Below, in pieces: positions 63,256 to 64,000 of a stretch of DNA of 64,000 bases (the first letter of the stretch is position 1; the number at the start of each line of letters is the position of its first letter). The DNA is from Vicugna vicugna (lineage: Eukaryota), in contig MU063673.1 in NCBI GenBank assembly GCA_013265495.1, positions 8,019,694 to 8,083,693 of the forward strand, given 5' to 3'. Under the pieces are notes generated by a model. That model did not search any database. It was given only the letters and a program-made list of their open reading frames with translations, and was not told where the DNA came from. Position numbers and translations under genes: made by a program.

Positions 63256-64000
63256 TTTTTAAAGTCCACCTGATTACGGAGGGTAATACTGGCATTTGTA
63301 TGGAACCATCCAACCTGGATCAAGCCTGAGAAGCCAATTACCACCACTGTGGTAGTTGGTGGTGGTGGTCTTTTATTGTTTTGCTTTTTGGTTTTGGGTT
63401 TTTAAAATCTTTTCCATCCATCTCTTCAGAAGGCAAGGTTTTCCTTGGCTGGCCTCCCCTTGTTCCAAGGGCTTTCAGATCAGAGATAATCTAATGGAAG
63501 CCCTGTGTTTTAACCCCTTTGTCACACAATGAGTCAGTTCAATCAAAGCCACTTAGCCTCTTCTTGACAGGAGTTTCTTTGGCTGGAGGGATTTTTGTTT
63601 GTTTGTTGTCCCTTCTCTCCACCTGTGGTTAGCTTCCATTCCCAAACACTGAGCCTGATCTGACCTTTTTATTGTAATTATCATTATTACACAGGCAGTG
63701 TCCCCAAATCAGTTTTGAGAAGAGCCGTTAAGTCGCCATCATGTTCATGATTAAAAATAACTCCGTGTTAGGAGACTTGAACAAAAAAGAAAGCAGGACA
63801 TTGTGAACACAGTACTTTTCAACCTCATAATTAGCTAAAATAGTTCTAATGTAAGAGTCACAAATTCAATTTAGTCATGCAAATTGTATCCTAGTCTCAT
63901 GAAATACACGAGAACACAGAGAATAATTTTGCTTACTTTGTGATTAGGTCTCATTTTTATGGAACACATCTTTAATAGACATAGTTATTATTAATTAGGA

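Noticed and set aside
1-64000. Prokaryotic systems (CRISPR arrays, operons, prophage, defence loci)
   Set aside because: The sequence is mammalian and repeat-rich. There are no regularly spaced direct repeats and no N-free ORF longer than about 164 aa.
1-64000. ORF-track entries as protein-coding genes
   Set aside because: They are short, unrecognisable, often inside L1/L2/MLT/SINE copies or inflated by N runs. Only L1 ORF2 remnants are identifiable.

Overview
This is mammalian genomic DNA, not prokaryotic, and is most likely intronic or intergenic. The host is probably a camelid, inferred from three tRNA-Ala-like SINEs resembling the camelid vic-1 family and from artiodactyl-type LINE-1 3' tails. 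A large share of the window is recognisable by eye as interspersed repeat: young and old L1, HAL1/L1ME-like, L2, L3/CR1, MIR, MLT1 solo LTRs, MER5/MER20/MER58 hAT elements and Tigger MITEs. Subfamily names come from memory of consensus motifs and most boundaries are approximate. There are 13 N-runs totalling about 2.15 kb. I cannot support any protein-coding gene, true tRNA, rRNA or CRISPR array, and the ORF track looks like noise or repeat-derived frames. I found no convincing novel biological system. The best leads are all modest: (1) a mosaic inverted plus direct duplication at 617-2313 centred on an intact-looking 36-nt exon; (2) two frame-preserving microexon candidates at 32511-32534 and 52331-52345, each beside a CpG-retaining patch; (3) a C/D-box snoRNA-like structure at 59936-60037 overlapping a candidate exon; (4) an N-gap pattern suggesting a mapping-derived or masked sequence. 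All exon and RNA candidates could be chance matches and need expression or conservation data.
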